From: an uncultured delta proteobacterium | GTDB taxonomy: Bacteria > Desulfobacterota > Desulfomonilia > UBA1062 | Assembly (NCBI GenBank): GCA_963752595.1 | Contig: CAVVYZ010000013.1 | Coordinates: 1 to 64,000, forward strand | Direction of reading: 5' to 3' | DNA length: 64,000 bases | Part shown: one piece after another, positions 17,500 through 27,207 of the stretch | How positions within the stretch are numbered: position 1 is the stretch's first letter | How the letters are laid out: each line of letters opens with the position of its first letter | Program-made: the position numbers and the translations under genes | Notes under the pieces: model-generated | Told to the model about the DNA's origin: nothing | What the model saw: the letters and a program-made list of their open reading frames with translations, nothing else | Database searches by the model: none

Positions 17500-18813
17500 A
17501 TGCCTGATATTGTCCTGCTGTATCCGTATAGCCATGAGCAAAACCGCAGCACAATGCTCTTTCACCCGCTTGGTATTGCGCAAATAAACGCACTCCTCCA
17601 GGAAGCCGGGATGGAGGCGTCTGTCATGGACCTTACCTTTGAAGGGCTCGACGGGGTAGTGGATATGCTGGCTATGATGAAGCCGAAGGTGGTGGGCATG
17701 TACGTCATGCTCACCATGATCGAAAATGCAGGGCTGCTTGCAAGATTGATCAGAAAGCATTTCCCGACAATGCTCCTGGTATGCGGCGGGCCCATGCCTA
17801 CATTAAGGCCCGAACAGTTCAGCCGGGATTTTGATGTCGTATTCCGCGGGGAAGCCGCACGGGCGTTTCCCTTGTTCTGCCGGGATTTCCTTACCTCCGG
17901 GGATATCGGTGATGTCCTGCAGCATCATAATCTCTACCCGGGTCTCTATGCCCGCAATCCCGTGAATAATGAAATTCTCGGCACGCCTGTGCAGCCCCTT
18001 GATGAAGATGGGATCAATGACCTGCCCATCCCCTGCCGGAAAGATTTCCCCCATCATCTCTACCAGCAGACATGGAGCAGGAGGGAGGGGTTTTCCCCGG
18101 CAGGCATCATGACGAGCTATGGATGCCCCCATTCGTGCAACTTCTGCTCCAAACCGATCTTCGGCAGTAACTTCCGCCGCAGGGATATGGGCCGGATCAG
18201 GGAAGAGATCCGTGATATCAGGTCATGGGGATACGACGGGCTCTGGATCGATGATGACTGTTTCACCCTGGATCTCGGACATGTCAGGTCATTTTGTGAG
18301 ATGATGATCCGCGAGGAGTTTTCCATGAAGTGGATCTGCCTTTCACGCACCAAAGATATTCCCCATAAGGTGGTCGGACTCATGAAAGAGGCCGGGTGCA
18401 AGAAGGTGTTCTTCGGGCTGGAGTCGGGCAGCAATACCGTCCTGAAGCTCATGAACAAGCATACGACGGTCGAGGGAGCAGAGCGCACGATCCGGCTCTT
18501 TTCCCAATGCGGCATCGAAACTGCCGGATTCTTTATGGTGGGATACCCGGGAGAGACAATTGAGACCATTGAAGCTACGTTTGCATGGGCCCTGACGCTT
18601 CCACTCAATGAGATATCCTTTACCATCCCGTTTCCTCTCCCCGATACGAAGCTTTTCCAGCAGGTATCCGGATTACAGGCTGATGCCGACTGGCGGTATG
18701 AAAGCGAGAACCGCCTGATATACAAGTCGGAGTTTGACGAAGAATATCTCCACAAACGCATCGAGGAAACAAATGCACGATTCGCAGCCAAAGACAAGAC
18801 CGGCAGCCGGTAA
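17500..18813 (+). CDS. B12-binding-domain radical SAM protein
   Basis: HPLGIAQI, GGPMPT, RGEA (B12 domain); CPHSCNFC; DDDCF; FGLESGS; FMVGYPGET. Confidence 0.9.
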   Translation: MPDIVLLYPYSHEQNRSTMLFHPLGIAQINALLQEAGMEASVMDLTFEGLDGVVDMLAMMKPKVVGMYVMLTMIENAGLLARLIRKHFPTMLLVCGGPMPTLRPEQFSRDFDVVFRGEAARAFPLFCRDFLTSGDIGDVLQHHNLYPGLYARNPVNNEILGTPVQPLDEDGINDLPIPCRKDFPHHLYQQTWSRREGFSPAGIMTSYGCPHSCNFCSKPIFGSNFRRRDMGRIREEIRDIRSWGYDGLWIDDDCFTLDLGHVRSFCEMMIREEFSMKWICLSRTKDIPHKVVGLMKEAGCKKVFFGLESGSNTVLKLMNKHTTVEGAERTIRLFSQCGIETAGFFMVGYPGETIETIEATFAWALTLPLNEISFTIPFPLPDTKLFQQVSGLQADADWRYESENRLIYKSEFDEEYLHKRIEETNARFAAKDKTGSR

Positions 18814-18850
18814 AAGGACCGGCGTTCCTTTTGAGGAGAGGCATGAGCTC

Positions 18851-19639
18851 GTGATATCTCAGGGGCTGTCCCTGGTCCATGATCCCTCTGTGCACCGGGG
18901 CAAGACCGGCGGCATGGACAAAGGGCTTTTCTTATGCCTCCGGGGAAGGCTCTGCGCCGGAGAATCCGCAGGGCTCGGCCTGCCTGTCTGGAAAACGAAC
19001 GGTCAGACGTTTTTCCCCGCACTCCGGTCCATGGAAATTACCGGGACCACAGCCATTCATAAGGTCTTCAGCATGAACCGTGTGATCGCATGGCGCATAT
19101 TCGGGAGGAAAGCACCTGAGAGGTTCGCCCGGATAATGGAGCGTCTTGTGGATGTGTATATGAAGAAAGCAACAATGCAGAGACTTCTGTTAAAGGTGCG
19201 CAATATGGTTTTTTCGTCGTTCCAGATCCGGAGTTCGATGGAGCCGTGCGAAGGAAAGGGCTGTTGTGAGGTCACCTATGAAGCGGCCCCTGAAGGGGTG
19301 CATGTGCATGTCGAAGGCCGTTTGCCCGGAGGGCAGGGACGCCTGATAATGCTCAACGAAATGGACGGAGCGTTATTCTCCGCATTGAGAACGGGAGATG
19401 AGTTCCTTGAGGGGCAGGATATCCCGGCATGGGAAAAGGCATCATTCAATGCAGTACTCGAGAGCCCTTTGTTGAACATCGGGTGCTCGATCTCCCCAGG
19501 GGAAGGGGAAGACCCTTCGGACTACACTGTTTTCTGCGGACGAGAGCTCGGACTCGGGCTTGACTGGGCGGGCATCTCCCTCATGAACGGACAAAGCAGC
19601 TTCAGCTATCGAATCCGGGTCAAACCCCTGCGGGGATAA
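18851..19639 (+). CDS. Hypothetical protein, co-oriented directly after the radical SAM gene
   Basis: Open frame 18734..19639. GTG 18851 follows GAGGAGAG, but the start is uncertain. No motif recognised. Confidence 0.6.
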   Translation: MISQGLSLVHDPSVHRGKTGGMDKGLFLCLRGRLCAGESAGLGLPVWKTNGQTFFPALRSMEITGTTAIHKVFSMNRVIAWRIFGRKAPERFARIMERLVDVYMKKATMQRLLLKVRNMVFSSFQIRSSMEPCEGKGCCEVTYEAAPEGVHVHVEGRLPGGQGRLIMLNEMDGALFSALRTGDEFLEGQDIPAWEKASFNAVLESPLLNIGCSISPGEGEDPSDYTVFCGRELGLGLDWAGISLMNGQSSFSYRIRVKPLRG

Positions 19640-19723
19640 GGGTGATCTCCGGAAGAGGCGGCTTTTCGTTCGAGAGCGTATGCGACCCTTAACATCACCA
19701 TGCCCATACCGGAGATCGATACA

Positions 19724-20173
19724 TCATGCCCTTACGAGCAGGACCTGTGATTTTGCATTTTCCGTCACCCTGTCCGCTACGCTTCCGAGCAAGTGCCTCG
19801 TAATGCCGGTCTTACCATGGGAGGCTATAACGATAAGGTCGATATCCTTATTCTCCTGCTCCTTTAATATTTCATCGTACGGGACCCCTTTTTTAATATC
19901 GAATTCTATCTCGACAGAGGGCCGCGCGGATATCTTGGATATCTCGTCCGACAGCAGTTCCTTTGATTTGGTAAAGCTCTCGCGCTCCAGTTGGTCGACA
20001 GTCTCGTTCGGCAGGCAGTAATCGACGACGCACTGCTGGATATTCTTGTCGATTACGTGGAGAAGATAGATCTTTGAGTTGTACTTCTCCGCGATGTCCA
20101 CGGCCTGTTTTAACGCCTTGTCTGAGTGCTCTGAAAAATCGGTTGGGACGAGTATCTTTTTCGGTCCGAACAT
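19724..20173 (-). CDS. Universal stress protein (UspA family)
   Basis: KKILVPTDFSEHS, DLIVIASHGKTG, LLGSVADRV. Confidence 0.95.
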   Translation of the reverse strand: MFGPKKILVPTDFSEHSDKALKQAVDIAEKYNSKIYLLHVIDKNIQQCVVDYCLPNETVDQLERESFTKSKELLSDEISKISARPSVEIEFDIKKGVPYDEILKEQENKDIDLIVIASHGKTGITRHLLGSVADRVTENAKSQVLLVRA

Positions 20174-20454
20174 GGTCTCATTCCTCCCTTCAAGAATGTG
20201 GTCATTGAAGACGTAAAAGTTTGCGGTATCGGACTTTATAGTAAGTGCTTATTATTATAAATCAATGACATCTTCCTTCGAGCAAGCGCCTGACGTATGT
20301 CCGGGGATTACGGTGAAAAACTTTCTTGTCTTGTTTGTCGGGGTTTCGCAGGGATAAATACCCGTTTACCGGTATTGATTCAGAGGTGCTGCCTTTCTAC
20401 CTATCTATCTAGATGAATCCACTAAGCCCTTAAAAATGAAGGGAGGTAAGAAAT

Positions 20455-21390
20455 ATGGGTACAATGAGGGTACATGCCCTGAGGCAGAATCTCGAAAATC
20501 AGATCACTGCTTCAAACCCGGTACTCTTGAGAGATTTCCCCTTAAGAACGTATATGGATCTGATCGGCCGGTATCCGAAGATCGGCAACTACACCTACAT
20601 AAGCCCTGAGGTAAGCCGGCTCGCGGATAATGTCTCCAGGAGCTGCAGCAGAACCGTGTTTGAATCGTATCACAAGTGCCTCATGCTCTCCCTCATCGAA
20701 AAGGCCCTGGAAAAATTGGAGCACGTCAGCCTTCCGGGTGAGATCAAGACGTATTATCACATGAATTTCGAAAGAATAATCGATGACATCGAGAGCGGGT
20801 TTCATGAAACAGGGTTTTATTTGTATCCCCGGGATAAATTCTTGAAGGACCTCGGGATATGCAGCCTCAGGCTCATTCCTGCAGGTGTCCAGAAGATCAA
20901 TCTCGCTCCGTTGCCGCCCGAGTTCCTCTTCAGGAACGGGGCTTCCCAGTTCATAAGCGGCCTGCTGTATGTCCTGTTTGAACTCAAAGGCTTCAAGCCC
21001 CTCTACAATATGCATACGGATTCCCACGATACTCATCTGATGTCCGAGTTCAATCCCGATGGCTGGCGGAATTTTTTAGTCCGGGCTGCAGATTTGATCA
21101 AACTCAATCCTTCAGTCAAAGGGGTATTCGGAAAGACCTGGTTCGTAGACCCCCAGCTGGAGAAGATCAGTCCCCGGCTCTGCTATGTACGGCACATCTT
21201 TAACCGGAACGGGGGCAGGTTCTTCTACCTTGGCCCGTGCACGAGCGGGATCGAAGATGCCGTCTACAAGTCCCCGACAAGGAAGAAGCTCTACGAGCAT
21301 GGGAAATACATACCCAAGGACTACCTGGGAGTCTGGTCGGGCAGGTCCCTGATAAAATGGGCTGAGTGTCAGAAAGCCCTGATGAAGTAA
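20455..21390 (+). CDS. Conserved hypothetical protein (possibly acyltransferase/GNAT-like)
   Basis: GGAGGT RBS and a 311-aa ORF with conserved-looking blocks FLKDLGIC, TWFVDPQLEKISPRL and SPTRKKLYEHGKYIP. Fold is a guess. Confidence 0.65.
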   Translation: MGTMRVHALRQNLENQITASNPVLLRDFPLRTYMDLIGRYPKIGNYTYISPEVSRLADNVSRSCSRTVFESYHKCLMLSLIEKALEKLEHVSLPGEIKTYYHMNFERIIDDIESGFHETGFYLYPRDKFLKDLGICSLRLIPAGVQKINLAPLPPEFLFRNGASQFISGLLYVLFELKGFKPLYNMHTDSHDTHLMSEFNPDGWRNFLVRAADLIKLNPSVKGVFGKTWFVDPQLEKISPRLCYVRHIFNRNGGRFFYLGPCTSGIEDAVYKSPTRKKLYEHGKYIPKDYLGVWSGRSLIKWAECQKALMK

Positions 21391-21488
21391 AGTTGAAACG
21401 AGACTTCGGTTTCCTATTCTAATCACTATATTCGGATTAAACCCGGTTTGGCGCCGGATTTTATGTTCCCTTGTACAGGAGGTTATTT

Positions 21489-22682
21489 ATGGTGTGGAAG
21501 ACTTTTTTCTCGTCATATGTCCTTACCCGCTGGGTCATTTCATATCTCTACAATCAATTGTGGGATGTTCCAAGGCCGGTGCATGTAATCTTCTGCATGG
21601 TCGACCATTTCGAGCCGGGAACCGGAAATGTTCCGGTCGAGGTCGAGATGGACCGGATGGAAATGCTTCTGAGAGAGTTCCCCGGAATTGCTGATAACCA
21701 CCGGGACCATAGCGGGAGCTGCCCGAAGAGGACGTGGTTTTTCCCCCCGCATTACCATCGGAACAGTAATATGAAGAAGCTGGTTTCCCTGTGCGAGAGA
21801 GGGTATGGTGAGATCGAGCTCCATCTCCATCATGGGAAAACAAAGCCCGACACGGCTGCGAATCTGGAGAAGACCATCCATCAATGCATTAAGGACTACT
21901 CCCTTTTCGGGATATTCGGCACGGAGAACGGCAGGAAGAAGTTCGGTTTCATCCATGGCGACTGGGCTCTGAATAATTCGTGCGGCGGCCGGTATTGCGG
22001 GGTGAACAACGAGACACAAATCCTGCTTGAAACAGGCTGTTATGCGGATTTTACCTTTCCGTCGAAAGGTGAATCCAACCCCTTGCTGATCAATGCGATA
22101 TTCTATGCATACGATAATCCCGGCAGGCCCAAATCCCACAGAACAGGCATTCCCGTAAGGGCATCGGGGAATGAAAACGGCGGCCTGATGATGATCCAGG
22201 GGCCTGTATTTCCTTTTTTTAAGGATAATACACTATCCGGCTTGAGAGTATTCGGGGATGCGATAAGCCGGAATCCCGTATCGGAAAGGATGATCGATTC
22301 ATGGGTCAGGACGGGGATACACGTAAAGGGTAAACCCAACTGGATATTCGTCAAGACCCATACCCATGGCGCCGCGGATTACAAGACTGTGCTCGGCAAG
22401 GACATGGACAGTATCTGCCGATACCTCGAAAAACGATACAATGACGGCAGCGAGTATGTCCTTCATTATGTAACGGCCAGGGAGATGTATAATATTGTAA
22501 AAGCCGTGGAAGCAGGAGAAGCAGGGGACGATCCCGAGGCTTACAGGGATTATCGAATCAGTGCGCCTCTCTATGACAGTTCTCCTGCCTGCGAAGAGGC
22601 CTCGTGGGAACTGAAGCAGCTGGTATCCGCCACCTATCCGTACGATGGGCAGAAGATCCCCGGCATTCCGTTGTCTGCGTAA
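21489..22682 (+). CDS. His-rich metal-dependent hydrolase/deacetylase-like hypothetical protein
   Basis: AGGAGG then ATG 21489. Motifs VDHFEP, EIELHLHH, FIHGDWAL, GCYADFTFP, VKTHTHG and LHYVTAREMYN. Confidence 0.7.
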   Translation: MVWKTFFSSYVLTRWVISYLYNQLWDVPRPVHVIFCMVDHFEPGTGNVPVEVEMDRMEMLLREFPGIADNHRDHSGSCPKRTWFFPPHYHRNSNMKKLVSLCERGYGEIELHLHHGKTKPDTAANLEKTIHQCIKDYSLFGIFGTENGRKKFGFIHGDWALNNSCGGRYCGVNNETQILLETGCYADFTFPSKGESNPLLINAIFYAYDNPGRPKSHRTGIPVRASGNENGGLMMIQGPVFPFFKDNTLSGLRVFGDAISRNPVSERMIDSWVRTGIHVKGKPNWIFVKTHTHGAADYKTVLGKDMDSICRYLEKRYNDGSEYVLHYVTAREMYNIVKAVEAGEAGDDPEAYRDYRISAPLYDSSPACEEASWELKQLVSATYPYDGQKIPGIPLSA

Positions 22683-22814
22683 CGAGCCGGGCCATAACGA
22701 CCGGGAGCTAAACCATTTCCTCCATAGGGAGGACGAACGCCTTCATCCCGGCCTGTTTGAAAGAAGCGATAATGTCATAATCCGCTGCCTGGGAATAGAC
22801 AACAAAGACCATCT

Positions 22815-25800
22815 TCATTTCGCCACCCTATCCTTGCCGTATTTCCAGTCTCCCGTGGATTCATCCGTATCCGAAGCATGTTCTTCTTTCTTAATAAACC
22901 TTTTCAACCGCTCTTTCCAGTCATCAAAGAGGTCATACGCTGCGGGGACCACTGCGAGCGTCAGGAAGAGCGAGGTGAGGAGGCCCCCGATCACCGTCAC
23001 CCCCATGGGAGACCGGATGTCGGACCCTTCTCCAATGCCCAGTGCTACCGGGAGCATGCCGAACACCATGGCAAAGGTGGTCATGAGGATAGGCCGGAGC
23101 CTTACCGGGCCGGCATGCAGGAGGGCCTCCCTCCGGGACATGCCCCGTTCTCTTAAAGTGTTCGTGTAATCGACCAGCAGGATGGAGTTCTTTTTTACCA
23201 GGCCCATGAGGAGGATCAGGCCTATGAAGCTGATGATGCTGATGGACTTGCCCGTGATGAACAGAGCCCCGAATGCGCCGATGAAGGAGAGCGGCATGGC
23301 CAGCAGGACGGTTATGGGGTGCATGAAGCTCTCGAACTGCGAAGCGAGGATCATGTAAGCCAGAAGGATGCCGAGCATCATTGCGAACATGAGATACTTA
23401 AACGATCTTCCCATCTCTTCAGCCTCGCCCACATAGTTGGTGTTGAAACCGGGCGGCAGGATTCTGGCAGAAATTCCGCTTAAGTCCTGCATCGCGGTTC
23501 CCAGAGGTTTGCCTTCGAGGTTGGCGAAGAGCCACAGCGAGCGCTGCCTGTCTTTTCTCGAGATACTGCTCGGCCCGCCTCCTTCCTCAATCTGTATGAC
23601 GTTCTTGAGCTCCACGAGCTTGCCGTCCATGGCCCTCACGTAAAGTCTGCCGATGTCGTCCGGGCTCATCCTGTCTTCCGGGTTGAGCCTGACACGGACG
23701 TCATACCGTCTGCCCCTGGCATCATCCTTGAATTTGGTGATGTCCACCTCTCCGCTGATGAGGAGGTTCACCGCCTCGGCAATTGAGGCAGTGCTGATAC
23801 CCATGTCCGAGGCCTTGTCCCGGTCGATGTAAACCGAGAGCTCGGGCTTGCCTGCCTCTACCGATGTATCCACATCCACGATGCCGGGTGTCTTCGAGAA
23901 CTCTGCGGCGATCTCCTTTGTATATTTTCTCAGTTCTTCCATAGTGCCGCCGCTGATGACATACTGGACCGGGAGGTTCCTGATGCCGCCTCCCATCATG
24001 GAGACGTCCTCGATTGTTGTCTTGAGGCCCGGGACCGTACGGAGATTTTTCCTCAGCTCGGCCATGATTTCCTGCTGGGTCTTCTCCCTTTCTGCCCTGG
24101 GAACGAGGCGCGTGAACATGCCTCCCTTGTTGATCTGGCCTGTGCCTCCCTGGCCCATACCCTGAACAAAGAAGAGGCTCTTCAACTCGGGCCGTTCACG
24201 CACGATCCTTTCGGCCTGGAGAAACATCTCCCCTGCCTTTTCCATGGAGTAATCGATGGGCGCCTCCATCCTGACCACGAACTGGCTCTGATCTTCCTGG
24301 GGCTTGAACTCCTTGTCGATGAACTTGACCATATACATGCTTAAGACAAAGATGACGAGTGCCCCGATGAGCACGGCCCCCCTATGGTCCAGGCTGAACT
24401 TGAGGATCGGCCGATATGAACCTTCTATCTTCTTGTAGCCGAGCTCCAGGGTATCACTGATTCGGGTGAGAGCACCGGACTTTTTCTCTGCGGACGGGTT
24501 TTCTTTCTTGGCATGGAGAAAAATAGACGAGAGCATGGGGGTGAGCGTCAGCGAGACCAGGAGCGAGACGAGCACGGAAAAGACGACGGTGAGCGCGAAT
24601 TGGATGAAGAAGCGGCCTATGATCCCCTTCATGAATGCCACGGGCAGGAATATGGCCACAATGGCCATCGTGGTCGCCATGACCGCAAGCCCGATCTCCG
24701 AGGTGGCGAATGCCGCGGCTTCCCTCGGCGCCATGCCTTCTTCGATATGGCGGTAGATGTTCTCGATGACGATGATGGCGTCATCAATAAGGATGCCCAC
24801 AGAGAGCGTGAGCGCGAGCATGGTGAGGTTGTTGAAGGTAAAATCGAATGCCCGCATCAGGGCAAAGGTGGCGATAATCGATACGGGCAGCGCCACGGCG
24901 CTGATGAGGGTTGTCCGGACGTTTCTCAGGAAGATGAAGACCGCGAGCACGGCCAGGAGCGCGCCCAGGATGAGGTGCTCCCGCACCTGATCCATGGAGT
25001 TGATGATGAACGTGGACTGGTCGAAGCCGATATTGAGCTCCATACCGGGCGGCAGGGTTGGGCGGATGCGCTCCATCTCCTTCTTGACCCGGTTCACTAC
25101 CTGGACCGTATTGGTGCCGGTCTGCTTCTGGACGCCGATACCCACTGCCGGGACACCATTGAATCGAGCGTAGGAGCGCCTCTCCTCCATGCCGTCTTCC
25201 GCGTGGCCGATATCCCTGATCCTCACCGGCGCGCCTTGGTGATAGGTTACGATAAGATCGTTGAACTCGGCCAGGTTCCGGAGCGACCCCTTGACCTTGA
25301 TTGAGTACTCCTTGGTTGTGCTCTCGATGCGTCCGCCGGGAAGCTCGACGTTTTCCCTGCCCAGGGTTGCGGCAATGTCGCTCGGCGAGATCCCGTACGC
25401 CCGGAGCTTGTCTGCGTCGAGCCATATCCGGATCTGCCGCTTCTGCAGCCCGCCGAGCGTCAGTGCGCCAACGCCCTCGACCTTCTGGAGCTGCTCCTTG
25501 AGCACCTCGTCCGCGTACATGGAGATCTCGCGCTGGGATTTATGTCCGGTAAGGGTTACCCACATGACAGGGCTGGAATCGGTATTGACCTTCTGGATGA
25601 CCGGCTCGGTGATGTCGTCGGGCAGTTTCGACCGGACGGCTGAGATCTGCTCCCTCACGTCCTGGACCGCGAGGTCGATGTCCCGCTCGAGTTCGAACTC
25701 CACTACGACGCTCGAAGACCCTTCAAGGCTCGTGGACGAGATCGTCTTCACGCCATTGATGGTGTTGACAGCCTCCTCGATCTTGTCCGTGACATCGATA

Positions 25801-25979
25801 TCCATGATCTCCGGACTCGCCCCGGTGAGCCGTGTCGTGATGCTCACGATGGGAAAGTCGACCTTGGGGAAGAGATCGACCCCGATCTCGGAGTAGCTCA
25901 CGATCCCCAGGACGACCAGGGCGAGGATGAACATGGTGGCAAAGACCGGCCTCTTTATCGACGTATCAGAGATCCACAT
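22815..25979 (-). CDS. RND efflux permease (AcrB/AcrD/AcrF family)
   Basis: 1054 aa; SIKRPVFA, GILIDDAIIVIENI, KKNSILLVD, RLRPILMTT. Confidence 0.97.
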   Translation of the reverse strand: MWISDTSIKRPVFATMFILALVVLGIVSYSEIGVDLFPKVDFPIVSITTRLTGASPEIMDIDVTDKIEEAVNTINGVKTISSTSLEGSSSVVVEFELERDIDLAVQDVREQISAVRSKLPDDITEPVIQKVNTDSSPVMWVTLTGHKSQREISMYADEVLKEQLQKVEGVGALTLGGLQKRQIRIWLDADKLRAYGISPSDIAATLGRENVELPGGRIESTTKEYSIKVKGSLRNLAEFNDLIVTYHQGAPVRIRDIGHAEDGMEERRSYARFNGVPAVGIGVQKQTGTNTVQVVNRVKKEMERIRPTLPPGMELNIGFDQSTFIINSMDQVREHLILGALLAVLAVFIFLRNVRTTLISAVALPVSIIATFALMRAFDFTFNNLTMLALTLSVGILIDDAIIVIENIYRHIEEGMAPREAAAFATSEIGLAVMATTMAIVAIFLPVAFMKGIIGRFFIQFALTVVFSVLVSLLVSLTLTPMLSSIFLHAKKENPSAEKKSGALTRISDTLELGYKKIEGSYRPILKFSLDHRGAVLIGALVIFVLSMYMVKFIDKEFKPQEDQSQFVVRMEAPIDYSMEKAGEMFLQAERIVRERPELKSLFFVQGMGQGGTGQINKGGMFTRLVPRAEREKTQQEIMAELRKNLRTVPGLKTTIEDVSMMGGGIRNLPVQYVISGGTMEELRKYTKEIAAEFSKTPGIVDVDTSVEAGKPELSVYIDRDKASDMGISTASIAEAVNLLISGEVDITKFKDDARGRRYDVRVRLNPEDRMSPDDIGRLYVRAMDGKLVELKNVIQIEEGGGPSSISRKDRQRSLWLFANLEGKPLGTAMQDLSGISARILPPGFNTNYVGEAEEMGRSFKYLMFAMMLGILLAYMILASQFESFMHPITVLLAMPLSFIGAFGALFITGKSISIISFIGLILLMGLVKKNSILLVDYTNTLRERGMSRREALLHAGPVRLRPILMTTFAMVFGMLPVALGIGEGSDIRSPMGVTVIGGLLTSLFLTLAVVPAAYDLFDDWKERLKRFIKKEEHASDTDESTGDWKYGKDRVAK

Positions 25980-26058
25980 AACCCATCATCCTTTCTTGTA
26001 TCTTAAGCGAATATCTTTTAAGGGCATGAGCCCGCCATTGCAGAGTTAAGCCCTTTCT

Positions 26059-27192
26059 TTACTTGACCACGTTGATCTTGACGCCGTCCGAAAGGTTGTT
26101 CTGGCCTACGACGATGAGGCTCTCGCCCCCGGTAAGCCCTTCCAGGACTTCCACCATATCTTCGTACTTATCTCCGATCTTCAGGAACCTTTCTCTGGCA
26201 ATACCACCTTCCTGGAGGAATACCCTTACTCGGGTGCCCTCGTAGAGGATCGATGTCGCAGGGATGACGACAGCCTGGCGTGCAGAGCCGGTATATACCT
26301 TGACCTTTGCGAAAAAACCGGGTTTGAGTTCCAGGCTTGGATTCGTCACCGTTGCTTCGGCCTTGAGCGATCGTGTCCGCTCATCCAGGCTGGGGTAGAT
26401 AACGCTCAACTTTCCATTGAATTCCCTGTCCGGAAAGGAATCTACGGTGAAGATGACATCCTGGCCGGTTTTTATAGCGCCCACATCCTTTTCCGTAATG
26501 GTCAATGAGAGCTTGAGCGGGTCGATCTGGACAATGGTCAGGATGGGCATGCCCCCCCTGATGAAATCCCCCGAGGTCACTTTTTTCTCCTGCACGATGC
26601 CCTTGATGGGGGAGGCGATTGTAGCTTTGCCGAGTTTTTCCCGGGTAAGCGAAAGAGCCACCTTTGCACGGTCGAGCTCCTGGCCGGCAACGGTCAGACG
26701 TGTGGAGACGTCGTCAAACTGCTGCATTGTCACCAGTTCTTCCTTGAACAGAGCCTCTTTGCGCTTGAACTCGATCTTGAGGTTGGCAAGGTTCGCTTCG
26801 GCCTGCTTGAGGGCAGCCGAAGCATTGGCAGCACCAAGGCGGTAGTCCGTGTCATTCACCAAAGCCAGAACCATGCCTTTTGCGACCGGGGTTCCCTCGT
26901 CCACGCGTATATTTTTCAGGATGCCGTCCACCTCGGAGCTGATGATCACCTCTTCATTGGGCAGAAGGCTCCCGATTGTATCCAGGTATGGCCGGACAGA
27001 CCTCTTCTCGGTTACCCAGACCTTGACATTGGATATTTTATCAGCCTTGACCTTTTCCTGCTTTTTCGTGCACCCGGGAATCAGTACCATGAAACACAGG
27101 ACCAGAACGATCAGACGGGTAACACCGTTATCTGTCCTCTCCCCATATTTTATAGGGCTGCTTCCGCAGGGCTTTCTCTGTCCAGCCATCAC
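26059..27192 (-). CDS. RND periplasmic adaptor (MFP) lipoprotein
   Basis: LIPGC lipobox, ISSEVDG, ASPIKGIV, LKPGFFAKV. The true start may lie downstream. Confidence 0.93.
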   Translation of the reverse strand: MMAGQRKPCGSSPIKYGERTDNGVTRLIVLVLCFMVLIPGCTKKQEKVKADKISNVKVWVTEKRSVRPYLDTIGSLLPNEEVIISSEVDGILKNIRVDEGTPVAKGMVLALVNDTDYRLGAANASAALKQAEANLANLKIEFKRKEALFKEELVTMQQFDDVSTRLTVAGQELDRAKVALSLTREKLGKATIASPIKGIVQEKKVTSGDFIRGGMPILTIVQIDPLKLSLTITEKDVGAIKTGQDVIFTVDSFPDREFNGKLSVIYPSLDERTRSLKAEATVTNPSLELKPGFFAKVKVYTGSARQAVVIPATSILYEGTRVRVFLQEGGIARERFLKIGDKYEDMVEVLEGLTGGESLIVVGQNNLSDGVKINVVK

Positions 27193-27207
27193 TACTTTCC
27201 CCTTTCT

